A DNA stretch of 64,000 nucleotides from a virus. Within the stretch, counting starts at the first letter, position 1. Each line of letters starts with the position of its first letter. A model generated the notes under the pieces. That model saw only the letters and a program-made list of their open reading frames with translations. It ran no database searches and was not told where the DNA came from. The stretch is from positions 53,742 through 117,741 of the IMG/VR virus record IMGVR_UViG_3300037225_001468; one strand, written 5' to 3'. Both the position numbers and the translations under genes were made by a program. This document shows, one piece after another, positions 19,821-29,638 of this stretch.

Positions 19821-20554
19821 AAATAGCATTATGTTTATCTGGTTTCTTGAGGAATTTTGATAAAACTTTTTCTTTTTGGAAAAAATATTTATTTGATATA
19901 TATAATGTGGATATTTTTATAGATACATGGAATACAATAGATTATAATAGTGACGTTGCCTCTCAAGATGTGTTATCTGCATTTCAAAAAAACATTAAGA
20001 ATATTAATATAGAAAAAAGGATTATAAATTTTAATAAAAATATAATGTTGTCACATTTTAGACAGGCTACAAATGGGAATATTAATAATCCTATTTCTAT
20101 GTTTTATAAAATAAAGTCTTGTTATCTTTTATGTAAACAGTCGAGTGTTAATTATGATATAATTATTAGAGCAAGACCTGATTTATTTATTATTTCTCCT
20201 TTTATATTTGAGGAAGATTATAATCAATATATTTATGTTCCTACTCATGATTTTCATAATGACTTTGATAAAATAGGAAGAGTAGAATATAAAGATTATT
20301 TATTAAAAAAGTATGTAGATTTTCAAAAAGATGAATTGCAGGGAAATGGGTTAATAAAAGAACAAGGATTATTAGATCATTTAGCGTATTCTTCTGTGAA
20401 TAATATGGAAGCATATTCTGGGGTTTATGATAATTATGAAAAGTATTATCAAGAAGGATGTAATGTAAGGCCGGAGATTATATTGGCTTATCATCTTTTA
20501 AATAACAATATTAAAACAAAAAGTTTTCTTTGTAATTTTAGGATAAATTTATGA
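19817..20554 (+). CDS. glycan-cluster protein (MKIALCLSG...RxRPD family), putative glycosyltransferase
   Basis: MKIALCLSGFLR, IDTW, SMFYKI, YDIIIRARPD, PE..L. Confidence 0.6.
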   Translation: MKIALCLSGFLRNFDKTFSFWKKYLFDIYNVDIFIDTWNTIDYNSDVASQDVLSAFQKNIKNINIEKRIINFNKNIMLSHFRQATNGNINNPISMFYKIKSCYLLCKQSSVNYDIIIRARPDLFIISPFIFEEDYNQYIYVPTHDFHNDFDKIGRVEYKDYLLKKYVDFQKDELQGNGLIKEQGLLDHLAYSSVNNMEAYSGVYDNYEKYYQEGCNVRPEIILAYHLLNNNIKTKSFLCNFRINL

Positions 20555-21168
20555 AATGGACATTTGGAATTGTTACTGCTGGAGGACAAGAAGATAGAAT
20601 CATGTTGATGATAGAATCTATAGAAAAACAAAATATTCCTATTAACGATTATGAAATAATTATAGTAGGAAATTGTAAAATACAAAGAAATAATTTAAAA
20701 AATTTAGATTTTAATGAAAACATAAAACCTGGATGGATTACTCGTAAAAAAAACATGATATCTCAAGTGTCTTTTTTTAATAATGTTTGTCTTATGCACG
20801 ATTATATTATATTATTAGATGATTGGTATAAAAATTTTGTTAATTTTGGAGAAGATTGGGATGTATGTATGAATAGAATAGAAAGAATGGATGGTAAGAG
20901 ATATAGAGATTGGACATTATGGATGCCAGATAATATACCATATGAAGATCATTCTAGAATTAAAGACATGTATGTTTCTGGGGCTTATTTTTGTGCAAAA
21001 AAACAATTTTTATTACAATATCCCTTTGACGAAAATAGAGTGTGGGGCAGAGGAGAAGACCTGGAGTGGTCTATGCGAGTTAGGGGACATTGGAATTATA
21101 AGTGTAATTCTAATTCAATAGTGAGATTGTTAAAAAAGCCAGTATGCACTACAGGTTGTCATGATTGA
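20551..21168 (+). CDS. GT2-like glycosyltransferase
   Basis: TFGIVT, YEIIIVG, WITRKKN, MHDY, WGRGEDLEWS. Confidence 0.7.
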   Translation: MKWTFGIVTAGGQEDRIMLMIESIEKQNIPINDYEIIIVGNCKIQRNNLKNLDFNENIKPGWITRKKNMISQVSFFNNVCLMHDYIILLDDWYKNFVNFGEDWDVCMNRIERMDGKRYRDWTLWMPDNIPYEDHSRIKDMYVSGAYFCAKKQFLLQYPFDENRVWGRGEDLEWSMRVRGHWNYKCNSNSIVRLLKKPVCTTGCHD

Positions 21169-21174
21169 AAAATA

Positions 21175-21909
21175 TTATAATTTTTTGCATATAATAAATA
21201 TCCAGTGTGAAGGCCAATATTGAGAATGTGAAAAACCATTAAAATTATTATATTTATCACTTACTTGAAAAAAAGATATTTTTACATCTGAAAACAATGA
21301 TGCAAAGTCTTCTTTCATTAAATTAATACAATTATCATTTACTATTACATCGCATCCTGCATTAGTTTTTTCGGCATCGAATTTATCTATATCCCAAGTG
21401 ACATGTGGTTTTTCATTAAAAGTTGAATGATATGCAAGTTGTATGGAAATAAATCCATTTGGTTTTAATGCTCTTGACATACTTTCAAGTATCATCTTTC
21501 TGATAGTTCTGGAGGCTATGTGTTGCATACAGATTGAACTATAAATAAGATCGTAGCTCTCTAGTGAGACTGGTCCAACATCGCCTCCATTAGTTAAATA
21601 GAATTGAGAGTTTGGATATTTTGTTTTGGCGATGTTAATTAGTCTTATAGATATATCTGCTCCATCTACTCTTTGAAATAGTGGAGACATTCGATTGATC
21701 ATTCTACCTGGTCCACAACCAAAGTCTAATGCTATTTTATCTTTAGTTGTTTGGAACAGAGGACGATTAATATCACCATCATAATGTAATAAATATTTTT
21801 CATATGGAAATTGTTCGTGCCACCCCCAATGACCGACAATATCTTCTGGACTGTCTAGTCCATCGTAGTATGTTCTTTGCATGTCTATATAATTTTGTTT
21901 TGTAGTCAT
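21175..21909 (-). CDS. class I SAM-dependent methyltransferase (paralogue of 19128..19820)
   Basis: ALDFGCGPGR, GADIS, SICMQHI, LKPNG. Confidence 0.9.
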   Translation of the reverse strand: MTTKQNYIDMQRTYYDGLDSPEDIVGHWGWHEQFPYEKYLLHYDGDINRPLFQTTKDKIALDFGCGPGRMINRMSPLFQRVDGADISIRLINIAKTKYPNSQFYLTNGGDVGPVSLESYDLIYSSICMQHIASRTIRKMILESMSRALKPNGFISIQLAYHSTFNEKPHVTWDIDKFDAEKTNAGCDVIVNDNCINLMKEDFASLFSDVKISFFQVSDKYNNFNGFSHSQYWPSHWIFIICKKL

Positions 21910-21914
21910 AGTGA

Positions 21915-21973
21915 TTATATCGGAATAAAAGGTAAAAAATTTTAAACAATTTTTAAAAAATATTCCGATATAA
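21915..21973. promoter_or_regulatory. divergent promoter pair; perfect 13-bp inverted repeat TATTCCGATATAA
   Basis: 21915-21927 and 21961-21973; each copy ends 5 nt before a start codon and no SD is present. Confidence 0.7.
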
Positions 21974-21978
21974 ACATT

Positions 21979-22599
21979 ATGATTAAGGCAATATTGTATG
22001 ATCTTGATGGTGTTTTAGTTGACGCCTGTGATTGGCATTATGAATCATTGAATTTAGCGCTTAAAAGGGTTGCTAATTATGAGATATCAAGACAAAAACA
22101 CTTAGATACTTTTAATGGTATTCCTACAAAAAGAAAACTAGAGATATTGAAAGAAATGAAAGTTCTTCGTGAAGACCAGTTTGATAAGGTTTGGAAATTA
22201 AAACAGGAATATACTATAGATGTTATAAAACAAAAAGCTCATTTTGATGGTTATAAAATAAAACTTCATAAATATACAAAAGGCATAGGTATTGTGTCGG
22301 CATGTGTGACTAATTCTATTGCAAAAACTGCCAGTTTAATGCTGGAATATACTGGACAGCTTTCATATATGGAATTTGTTGTTTCAAATGAAGATGTAAA
22401 AGAATCGAAACCTAGTCCAATGCCATACATATATGCTACACATAAACTGGGGTTAATGGCCAAAGATATTTTAGTAGTAGAAGATTCACCAAAAGGTATA
22501 GAGTCGGCTTATGCTTCTGGATGTCAAGTTTTAGAAGTAAAAGGTTGTTATGATGTTATTGAAGAAATAATAGAAAAAGTTATTAAGGAGAAAATCTAA
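21979..22599 (+). CDS. HAD-IA family phosphatase
   Basis: YDLDGVLVD, VTNS, KPSP, VEDSPKG. Confidence 0.9.
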   Translation: MIKAILYDLDGVLVDACDWHYESLNLALKRVANYEISRQKHLDTFNGIPTKRKLEILKEMKVLREDQFDKVWKLKQEYTIDVIKQKAHFDGYKIKLHKYTKGIGIVSACVTNSIAKTASLMLEYTGQLSYMEFVVSNEDVKESKPSPMPYIYATHKLGLMAKDILVVEDSPKGIESAYASGCQVLEVKGCYDVIEEIIEKVIKEKI

Positions 22600-23334
22600 A
22601 TGGTAAATATAGTTATTCCAATGGCGGGTCGTGGAAAAAGATTTACTGAAGCAGGATATGCTTGTCCTAAACCTTTTATTGATGTTAATGGTAAACCTAT
22701 GATTATTAGAGTTGTTGAAAACTTAAAGATTAGTGATACATGTTGTTTTATTTTTATTTGTCTTCAAGAGTTTATTGATAAATTTGGAAGCACATTTGAG
22801 AAAATGATACGTGATTGTATTGGTAATAATTTTAAGATAGTTATTGTAAACCAGGTTACAGAGGGAGCGGCTTGCACAGTCCTTTTAACAGAGAAATATA
22901 TTAACAATGATGATGAGTTAGTTATAGCTAATTGTGACCAGTTGGTTTTAGATAATGATTTTAATCAAAAATCTATTGATTATTATAGAAAACATAAAGT
23001 AGATGGAGGAATACTTTGTTTTTTAAATGATTCACCCAAGTGGAGTTATGTAAAATTATCTAACAGTAAAATAGTAGAAGTAGTTGAAAAACAGGTAGTA
23101 AGTAATTTAGCAACAGTCGGCATTTATTATTTTAGTAAAGGCAAAACCTTTGTTGATTGTGCTAAAAGTATGATATTAAACAATATGCGTGTAAATGGAG
23201 AGTTTTATGTAGCTCCAGTGTTTAATGGCATGATTATTCGTGGATTAAGTGTTTTACCATTTTTAGTTAATGAAATGGTTGGACTTGGTGTTCCAGAAGA
23301 TTTAGAAAGATATGAGAATGGAGATTATATTTGA
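22600..23334 (+). CDS. sugar/polyol-phosphate nucleotidyltransferase (dTDP-glucose pyrophosphorylase-like)
   Basis: IVIPMAGRGKRF, PKPFI, TEGAACT, ANCDQ, EK, NGEFYVAP, LGVPEDL. Confidence 0.85.
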   Translation: MVNIVIPMAGRGKRFTEAGYACPKPFIDVNGKPMIIRVVENLKISDTCCFIFICLQEFIDKFGSTFEKMIRDCIGNNFKIVIVNQVTEGAACTVLLTEKYINNDDELVIANCDQLVLDNDFNQKSIDYYRKHKVDGGILCFLNDSPKWSYVKLSNSKIVEVVEKQVVSNLATVGIYYFSKGKTFVDCAKSMILNNMRVNGEFYVAPVFNGMIIRGLSVLPFLVNEMVGLGVPEDLERYENGDYI

Positions 23335-23984
23335 TAGGCTTTTTTCATATAGCAACTATTGGTAATTATAAATCTGTTATAGAGGAAATTTTTAATTCTA
23401 TATGTGAAAGTGGTATTTTATTAGAAATAAACCAGTTAAATATATGTATTGTTGGTAATGGAGATGTAAATATAAAGAATAATGAAAAAATTATTATTCA
23501 TAGATTAGGGGACATAGGGCTTTATGAGTTTCCAACATTACAGATTTTAGAAAATACAGCACAGATCTCTGATGATAATTTATTTTATATACATACTAAA
23601 GGTGTTGGAACAGAAAATAATGAATGTATAGATGATTGGCGAAAATACATGATTTATTTTATTATTAAAAAATATAAAAAGTGTAATGAAGAACTTGATA
23701 AGGGATTCGATGTTGTAGGTGTGGACTGGAGAAATGAACCAGTAGGACATTTTTCAGGAAATTTTTGGTGGACTAAAAGTTCTTATATAAAAAGTTTGCC
23801 AAAAATAAAAGATATATCTCAAGAAAACTATCCAAGAGTTTTAACATTAAGACATAATGCTGAGTTTTGGATAGGAATGAATAAGGAAGCAAAAATAAAA
23901 TCCTTATGGGATTGTGGAATAAACCAATATCAAAGACACTTACATAGATATGAAAGTTTTAATTATATTAATAAGGACTTTTAG
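23331..23984 (+). CDS. glycan-cluster protein (YxHTKG / HFSGNFWW family)
   Basis: YEFPTL, YIHTKG, DWRKYM, HFSGNFWW, EFWI. Confidence 0.6.
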   Translation: MIGFFHIATIGNYKSVIEEIFNSICESGILLEINQLNICIVGNGDVNIKNNEKIIIHRLGDIGLYEFPTLQILENTAQISDDNLFYIHTKGVGTENNECIDDWRKYMIYFIIKKYKKCNEELDKGFDVVGVDWRNEPVGHFSGNFWWTKSSYIKSLPKIKDISQENYPRVLTLRHNAEFWIGMNKEAKIKSLWDCGINQYQRHLHRYESFNYINKDF

Positions 23985-24000
23985 AAAAGATAAAATTACT

Positions 24001-24633
24001 ATGAAAACATTAGATCAAATAAAAGAATATGTTGTGAATGTAGGTTCTAATAGTGTAGGAGTTTTTGGTGGAAATTTTGAAGGAGGATATGAACTTCAGC
24101 AAGATATAGTTGAAGTTAGTGAATTTATTATGGATCACCAAACTGCTAATATACAAAACTATATTGAAATAGGGTGTGCCGCTGGTGGATTTACAAGGTT
24201 ATTTTGTGATATTATTAACGTTGAAAATGTTTATACAATAGATCTGGGTAATCATCCTTCGATTGATAATATTAAAAATCCTAAAGCTCTTGATAGGAAT
24301 ATAAAAAACACTCGTCATACAGGAGGATTTGAAAGATTTATAGGAGATAGTCATTCTCAAGAATGTAAAGAATGGATACAAAAACAAAATGTTAAGTTTG
24401 ATTTTGTTTTTATAGATGGAGATCATAGTTATGGGGGAGTTAGACAGGACACAGAACTGGTTTTACCGTATATTAATTTAGGCTGTATTGTTATGTATCA
24501 TGATCATATAGTTGTTAATGATATTGTTGTTTTTGTAAAAGAATTAAAAAATAATCTTTTTCCAGATTTAAGTTTTGTAAAAGAATATAAAGGGTATCTT
24601 GTTAAAGGAATAGCCGTGTTTACTAAGAAATAA
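24001..24633 (+). CDS. class I SAM-dependent methyltransferase (Methyltransf_24-like)
   Basis: YIEIGCAAGG, GDSH, FIDGDHSY, YHD; start reassigned to ATG 24001. Confidence 0.8.
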   Translation: MKTLDQIKEYVVNVGSNSVGVFGGNFEGGYELQQDIVEVSEFIMDHQTANIQNYIEIGCAAGGFTRLFCDIINVENVYTIDLGNHPSIDNIKNPKALDRNIKNTRHTGGFERFIGDSHSQECKEWIQKQNVKFDFVFIDGDHSYGGVRQDTELVLPYINLGCIVMYHDHIVVNDIVVFVKELKNNLFPDLSFVKEYKGYLVKGIAVFTKK

Positions 24634-24671
24634 TATCGTGTGAGAAAAACTAATTTTTAGGAGATTGTAAT

Positions 24672-25142
24672 ATGTATGAGCATATTAAAGACTTAGATAT
24701 TAAAAAAACTTTAGAAACTTATAAACCTCTTTTAGATTCTTGTAAAAATAAACCACTTGATTTAAGTGGATATAGAGTTGAAAAACATTGGGGATATGAA
24801 ATTTGGCTTGAAGTTAATGAATTTTATGCATACAAGTTAATTCATATGAATCTTGGATGCCGTTGTAGTTTGCAATCTCATGCCATTAAGGTTGAAGCTA
24901 ATTATGTTATAGATGGAGAGGCAGAAGTTCTTTTAGAAAATGATAAAGGAGAAATGGAATCTACTATTTATACCGTGGGACAGGGATGGTGTGTGCCTGC
25001 TGGTAAAAAACATAGAGTTATTGCCAAAACTGCATATACGGCATTAGAGGTCTCAACTCCCCATCTTGATGATATTACAAGATTTGCTGATGACATGAAT
25101 AGGGGAAATGGAAAAATAGAATCAGAACATAAAAAACAATGA
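24672..25142 (+). CDS. cupin, mannose-6-phosphate isomerase type II C-terminal-like
   Basis: VEKHWGYE, SLQSH..K.E, HRV, LEVSTPHLDDITRFADD. Confidence 0.8.
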   Translation: MYEHIKDLDIKKTLETYKPLLDSCKNKPLDLSGYRVEKHWGYEIWLEVNEFYAYKLIHMNLGCRCSLQSHAIKVEANYVIDGEAEVLLENDKGEMESTIYTVGQGWCVPAGKKHRVIAKTAYTALEVSTPHLDDITRFADDMNRGNGKIESEHKKQ

Positions 25143-26686
25143 ATTATAAACTTTGTATCATGTGTGCTGGAGTAGGATCAAGAGTCCAAATATACTCTAA
25201 TCTTCATAAGGCATTATTACCAATAGGTAATAGGGCAGTTATTTCTAGAATATTAGATAGTTTTCCAAAAGAAGTAGAAATAGTTATAGCATTAGGATAT
25301 ATGGCAGATCAGGTAAGATCTTTTTTAGAATATGCACATTATGATAGAAAATTTACTTTTGTTTATGTAGATAATTATGACAAAGTTGGTTCTGGTCCGG
25401 GTTACAGTTTGCTACAATGTAAAAACTTTTTACAATGTCCTTTTGTTTTTACTTCTGCTGATACTATTGTAGATAAAGAAGAAAATAATCTTATACCTGA
25501 TAAAAATTGGATTGGTATAGGATATATTCCGGAAAATAAATCAGGAGGTTCTTTTTTGCTGTATGATGAGAGAAAAGGTTTATACTATGGTAAGGGGACA
25601 AATGTGTTCGTTGGTATGGCTGGTATATTTGATTTTGAAAAATTCTGGAATGGTCTAGAAAATTCCAAGTTACAATTGGGAGAATATCAGGTAGTTAACG
25701 GTCTTTCTGTTATCAATAATTTTGTTGTGAAAAGATTTAATTCTTGGCAGGACACTGGAAGTGTTGATAATTATAATAATACATTATCTAAATATGGAAA
25801 GATTGTAGAAAATAAAAAAAATGAAGTTATATATATAGAAAACAATAGAGTTATTAAGTTATATTCTAATTCACATAGTATTGATAATAGAATAAAAAGA
25901 TCTAAAATTTTACACGATTTTGTTCCAAGTGTAAAAAAAATAAATGAAAATATGTATGGATATGATTATATTAATGGAAAACTTTTGTCGGATGTTAAAG
26001 ATGAAAAAATTTTTGATGCTTTTTATGATTTTTTGGAAAAGTTTATTATTAAAGCAAATACATTTAATTTAGATGCCTTCAAAAAAGATTGTATTAAAAT
26101 ACATAAAGATAAAACATATGAAAGAGTGAAACAAAATAAATATTTACAAGAGCTTGATGGTATTAAAGAAATTAATGGTATATCTATTAGACCAATAGAT
26201 AAATTATTAGATGAAATTGACTGGATACAAATTATAGATAGTGCTATTCCGATTTATTTTCATGGTGATTTACAGCCAGAAAATATTATATGTAGTGAAA
26301 ATAATTTTATTTTAATAGATTGGAGAGAAGCGTTTGGTGATAGTCTTGAAATAGGTGACCTTTATTATGATTTAGGAAAATTATATCATGCTATTATAGT
26401 AAATGGAGAAGTTATTAGAAGAAAACAATTTTCTATTGACATCATAGATAATAGGGCTTTTATTAATATAAGTGTTAATAATAATTTACTTGTGCTTTTA
26501 AGTAAATTTGTAGATTTTTGTAAAAAGAAACAATATGACTGGAATAAAGTTTTATTGTTAGGAGCACTACAGTACATTAATATATCATCTGTGCATTTTG
26601 GAGATTATTCAAGATTCTTATTTCTATTTGGTAAGTTATGTTTAGAAAAATATTTTCAAAAAGAGATAAAAAATGAAATATTATGA
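25139..26686 (+). CDS. bifunctional nucleotidyltransferase + APH/choline-kinase-like phosphotransferase
   Basis: N-terminal AGVGSR..HKALL, WQDTG; C-terminal FHGDLQPENI, LIDWR, YYDLGK. Confidence 0.85.
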   Translation: MNYKLCIMCAGVGSRVQIYSNLHKALLPIGNRAVISRILDSFPKEVEIVIALGYMADQVRSFLEYAHYDRKFTFVYVDNYDKVGSGPGYSLLQCKNFLQCPFVFTSADTIVDKEENNLIPDKNWIGIGYIPENKSGGSFLLYDERKGLYYGKGTNVFVGMAGIFDFEKFWNGLENSKLQLGEYQVVNGLSVINNFVVKRFNSWQDTGSVDNYNNTLSKYGKIVENKKNEVIYIENNRVIKLYSNSHSIDNRIKRSKILHDFVPSVKKINENMYGYDYINGKLLSDVKDEKIFDAFYDFLEKFIIKANTFNLDAFKKDCIKIHKDKTYERVKQNKYLQELDGIKEINGISIRPIDKLLDEIDWIQIIDSAIPIYFHGDLQPENIICSENNFILIDWREAFGDSLEIGDLYYDLGKLYHAIIVNGEVIRRKQFSIDIIDNRAFINISVNNNLLVLLSKFVDFCKKKQYDWNKVLLLGALQYINISSVHFGDYSRFLFLFGKLCLEKYFQKEIKNEIL

Positions 26687-27311
26687 TTTAATTAACTTGT
26701 ATAAAAGTGAATCTTCAAGTGTTTTTAGTAACATTTCTAATGGTGTTATTGATAGTTTTGTCCAGATGGTTATTGATACTTATGATTTAGAAAAGAAAGT
26801 TTTTGTTTGTGGTAATGGTGGTAATGCTTCTTTTGTAGGAAATTTTGTTACAGATTTAAATTTACATCCGTTTATGTCTGAAGATAAATCGAAGCCTATG
26901 AATGTTACTAAAAGAATGTTTGCTATTAATTTAACTGATTCTGCCTCTACTATTACTGGCATATTAAATGACGTTGGAGCAGATTTTATTTTTAGTGAAC
27001 AAATGAAATATTCTGCTAAAACAGGTGATCTTTTTGTAGGACTTAGTGGATCTGGTAATTCTAAAAATATTTTGGAAGCTATGAAACTTGGAAAAACGAT
27101 TGGTATGAAGAATATTTTGATAACAAAATATTCTAAATCTAATTGTGCTCAATATGCCGATCTTATTATAGAAATAGTTGGTAATTCTTTATTTCCAGGT
27201 CAAACAGGTAAGAATAATAATAATTTTCATTTTGAAGACTGTATATCTAAACTTTCTCATATAGCTACTGGTATCTTAAAGGAAAAGGTGAAAAATGAAA
27301 ATCAATCCTAA
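26673..27311 (+). CDS. SIS-domain phosphosugar isomerase (GmhA-like)
   Basis: CGNGGN, ITGILND, FSEQ, GLSGSGNSKNI, FED. Confidence 0.85.
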   Translation: MKYYDLINLYKSESSSVFSNISNGVIDSFVQMVIDTYDLEKKVFVCGNGGNASFVGNFVTDLNLHPFMSEDKSKPMNVTKRMFAINLTDSASTITGILNDVGADFIFSEQMKYSAKTGDLFVGLSGSGNSKNILEAMKLGKTIGMKNILITKYSKSNCAQYADLIIEIVGNSLFPGQTGKNNNNFHFEDCISKLSHIATGILKEKVKNENQS

Positions 27312-28077
27312 TATTTTAAGAAAACACGTTTTAGATATGGTATATGATAAAAAATCAGGTCACATAGGTGGGAGTTTTTCTATAGCAGACGTAATAGCAT
27401 ATTTGTATTCTAATTTTAATTTAGCAACAATAGATATGCTTTCAGATAAACTTATTTTATCTAAAGGTCATGCAGTTCCTATTTTATATGCGGTATTTTA
27501 TGAACTTCAATTGCTAAACGATAATGATATGAAAAAGTTTAGAGAAATAGATTCTCCACTTCAAGGACATCCAGTGAGAGAAAAATTATCATTATTACAT
27601 GCTACGACTGGATCTTTAGGGCAAGGTCTTAGTATCGCTATTGGTCATGCTTTAGCAATGAAACTTTTGAAACAATCTTATAAGATATTTTGTATATTGG
27701 GTGACGGTGAAGTTCAAGAGGGACAAATATGGGAAGCTTTTATGCTTGCTCCAAAATATAAACTAAACAACCTTATAGTTATGGTTGATATTAATAAGGG
27801 ACAAAGTGAGGGATTTACAAAAGATATTTTAGATATTGAAGATATGGAACAAAAAGTAAAATCATTTAACTGGAATGTTATAAGAATAAACGGTAATGAT
27901 ATGGGACAAATTGATATTGCTGTTAAGTTATGTGTTAACAATAAGGTTTCTCCTAATTGTATATTGTTAGATACCATTAAGGGAAAAGGTGTTTCGTTTA
28001 TGGAGGGTCCAAATTGGCACTCTAGAAATCCTACAGAAGCAGAATATTTTCAAGCCATAAAGGAGTTAAATATATGA
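27295..28077 (+). CDS. transketolase, N-terminal (ThDP-binding) subunit
   Basis: GHIGGSFS, LSKGH, LQGHP, TGSLGQG, GDGEVQEG, KGKG. Confidence 0.93.
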   Translation: MKINPNILRKHVLDMVYDKKSGHIGGSFSIADVIAYLYSNFNLATIDMLSDKLILSKGHAVPILYAVFYELQLLNDNDMKKFREIDSPLQGHPVREKLSLLHATTGSLGQGLSIAIGHALAMKLLKQSYKIFCILGDGEVQEGQIWEAFMLAPKYKLNNLIVMVDINKGQSEGFTKDILDIEDMEQKVKSFNWNVIRINGNDMGQIDIAVKLCVNNKVSPNCILLDTIKGKGVSFMEGPNWHSRNPTEAEYFQAIKELNI

Positions 28078-28991
28078 TTGCTACTCGTGACGGCTTTGGA
28101 GAACAACTTGCTATTTGTGGAAAAGATAATGAAAAAATAATAGTTTTAGGAGCAGATCTGTCTCATGCTACAAAGTGTTCTGTTTTTCAAGATAAATTTC
28201 CTAATAGATTTTTTGAGATAGGAATAGCAGAAGCTAATTGTATAGGTATTGCTTCTGGATTATCTGAATATGGTTATAGAGTTTTTATTTCTTCTTTTGC
28301 TTCTTTTTTAACTGGTAGATATGATATTATAAGATGTTCTTTGGCATATTCTAATGCTAATGTAGTTGTTGTTGGAACTCATTCTGGTATGGCTATTGGA
28401 AGAGATGGTGTGACACAAATGGGACTAGAAGATGTTAATGTTATGAGAGGTCTTCCGGGAATACAAATATTACAACCAGCTACTCCGTTAGAGGCAAGAT
28501 TAATAACCAAATATTTATGTGAGACAGGGGGTTTGTCTTATTTGAGATTAGGAAGGCAGCCGGTAGAAGAAGTTTTTGATGGAAGTTATAAATTTGTTTT
28601 TGGAAAAGGATCAGTAATAAAGACCGGTAATGATATTGCTATTTTTTCAAGTGGTTGTGTATTAACTGAAGTATTAGATGTCGCAAAGAGACTTGATGCT
28701 AAAGGATTTTATACTTCTGTTATAAATATTTCTGTAATAAAGCCAATAGATAAAGACTTAATATTAGAAACTGCTCAGAATACAGGAATGCTTGTTTCTG
28801 TTGAAGATCATTCAATTATAGGAGGTTTAGGGACTGCCATATCAGAAGTATTAACAGATAATTATCCTAAAAAGCTTTTAAGAATAGGATTAAGTGATAT
28901 TTTTCCTGAATCTGGAAAACCAAATGATTTGTATGAAAAGTATGGACTTTCAGTTGAAAAGATATTTAATAGAATACTAAAAAGTAAATGA
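28074..28991 (+). CDS. transketolase, C-terminal subunit
   Basis: ATRDGFG, GIAEAN, DGVTQ, YLRLGR, VEDHSIIGGLG. Confidence 0.93.
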   Translation: MIATRDGFGEQLAICGKDNEKIIVLGADLSHATKCSVFQDKFPNRFFEIGIAEANCIGIASGLSEYGYRVFISSFASFLTGRYDIIRCSLAYSNANVVVVGTHSGMAIGRDGVTQMGLEDVNVMRGLPGIQILQPATPLEARLITKYLCETGGLSYLRLGRQPVEEVFDGSYKFVFGKGSVIKTGNDIAIFSSGCVLTEVLDVAKRLDAKGFYTSVINISVIKPIDKDLILETAQNTGMLVSVEDHSIIGGLGTAISEVLTDNYPKKLLRIGLSDIFPESGKPNDLYEKYGLSVEKIFNRILKSK

Positions 28992-29638
28992 TAGACAAGA
29001 ATACTAAAATATATTGTTCTTTTGCAAAGATGGCAGGTAATTTTGGTTGTAATATTTTTAATAAATCTTTTATCTATCTTAATTTAAATTGTATATATAA
29101 GTCTTTTTCAGTAGAAAATATAAAAAAAGCACTAGAATGTGTAAGGGTTTTAGATATTAAGGGATGTGCAGTTACTATGCCTTATAAGATTGAGTGCTTA
29201 AAATATGTTGATGAAATATCAGAAGAGGTTAAGGAGATAGGCTCTGCTAATACGATATTAAATAATGGGTTTTTAAACGCTTTTAATACTGACTGGTATG
29301 CTGCTTTTTGTGTGCTAAAAGAGTGTAACAATAAAAAAGTTTATATATTAGGTGATGGTGGGTATGCAAAAGCTGTATTATATGCAGCTTTAAAATTGAA
29401 TTTATATTGTGAAAAAATAACTAGACAAAATTGGAACGATATAGGTGACATAAAAGAATCTATAGTATATAATTGTACTCCTGTTGAAAATGTAATAATA
29501 GATAAAACAAATATTTTTATAGATTGTAATATAAAAACTTATACAGGAAAAAAATTAGCATTATTACAGGCAAGTAAACAATTCGAGATGTATACAGGAT
29601 TAAGTTTTCCAATAGATATTTTTAAGGATGTGCAGTAA
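28988..29638 (+). CDS. shikimate-dehydrogenase-like oxidoreductase (SdhL-type N-terminus)
   Basis: GCAVTMPYK, IGSANT, NTD, LGDGGYAKA, QASKQFEMYTG. Confidence 0.8.
   Translation: MIDKNTKIYCSFAKMAGNFGCNIFNKSFIYLNLNCIYKSFSVENIKKALECVRVLDIKGCAVTMPYKIECLKYVDEISEEVKEIGSANTILNNGFLNAFNTDWYAAFCVLKECNNKKVYILGDGGYAKAVLYAALKLNLYCEKITRQNWNDIGDIKESIVYNCTPVENVIIDKTNIFIDCNIKTYTGKKLALLQASKQFEMYTGLSFPIDIFKDVQ

Noticed and set aside
20891-21121. Alternative-frame + strand ORFs 20891..21121 and 59690..59887
   Set aside because: Nested inside better-supported genes, no motifs
28988-29638. Aromatic amino-acid biosynthesis (aroE; also trpF for 60694..61404)
   Set aside because: No other aro or trp genes are present, and both proteins deviate from the canonical enzymes
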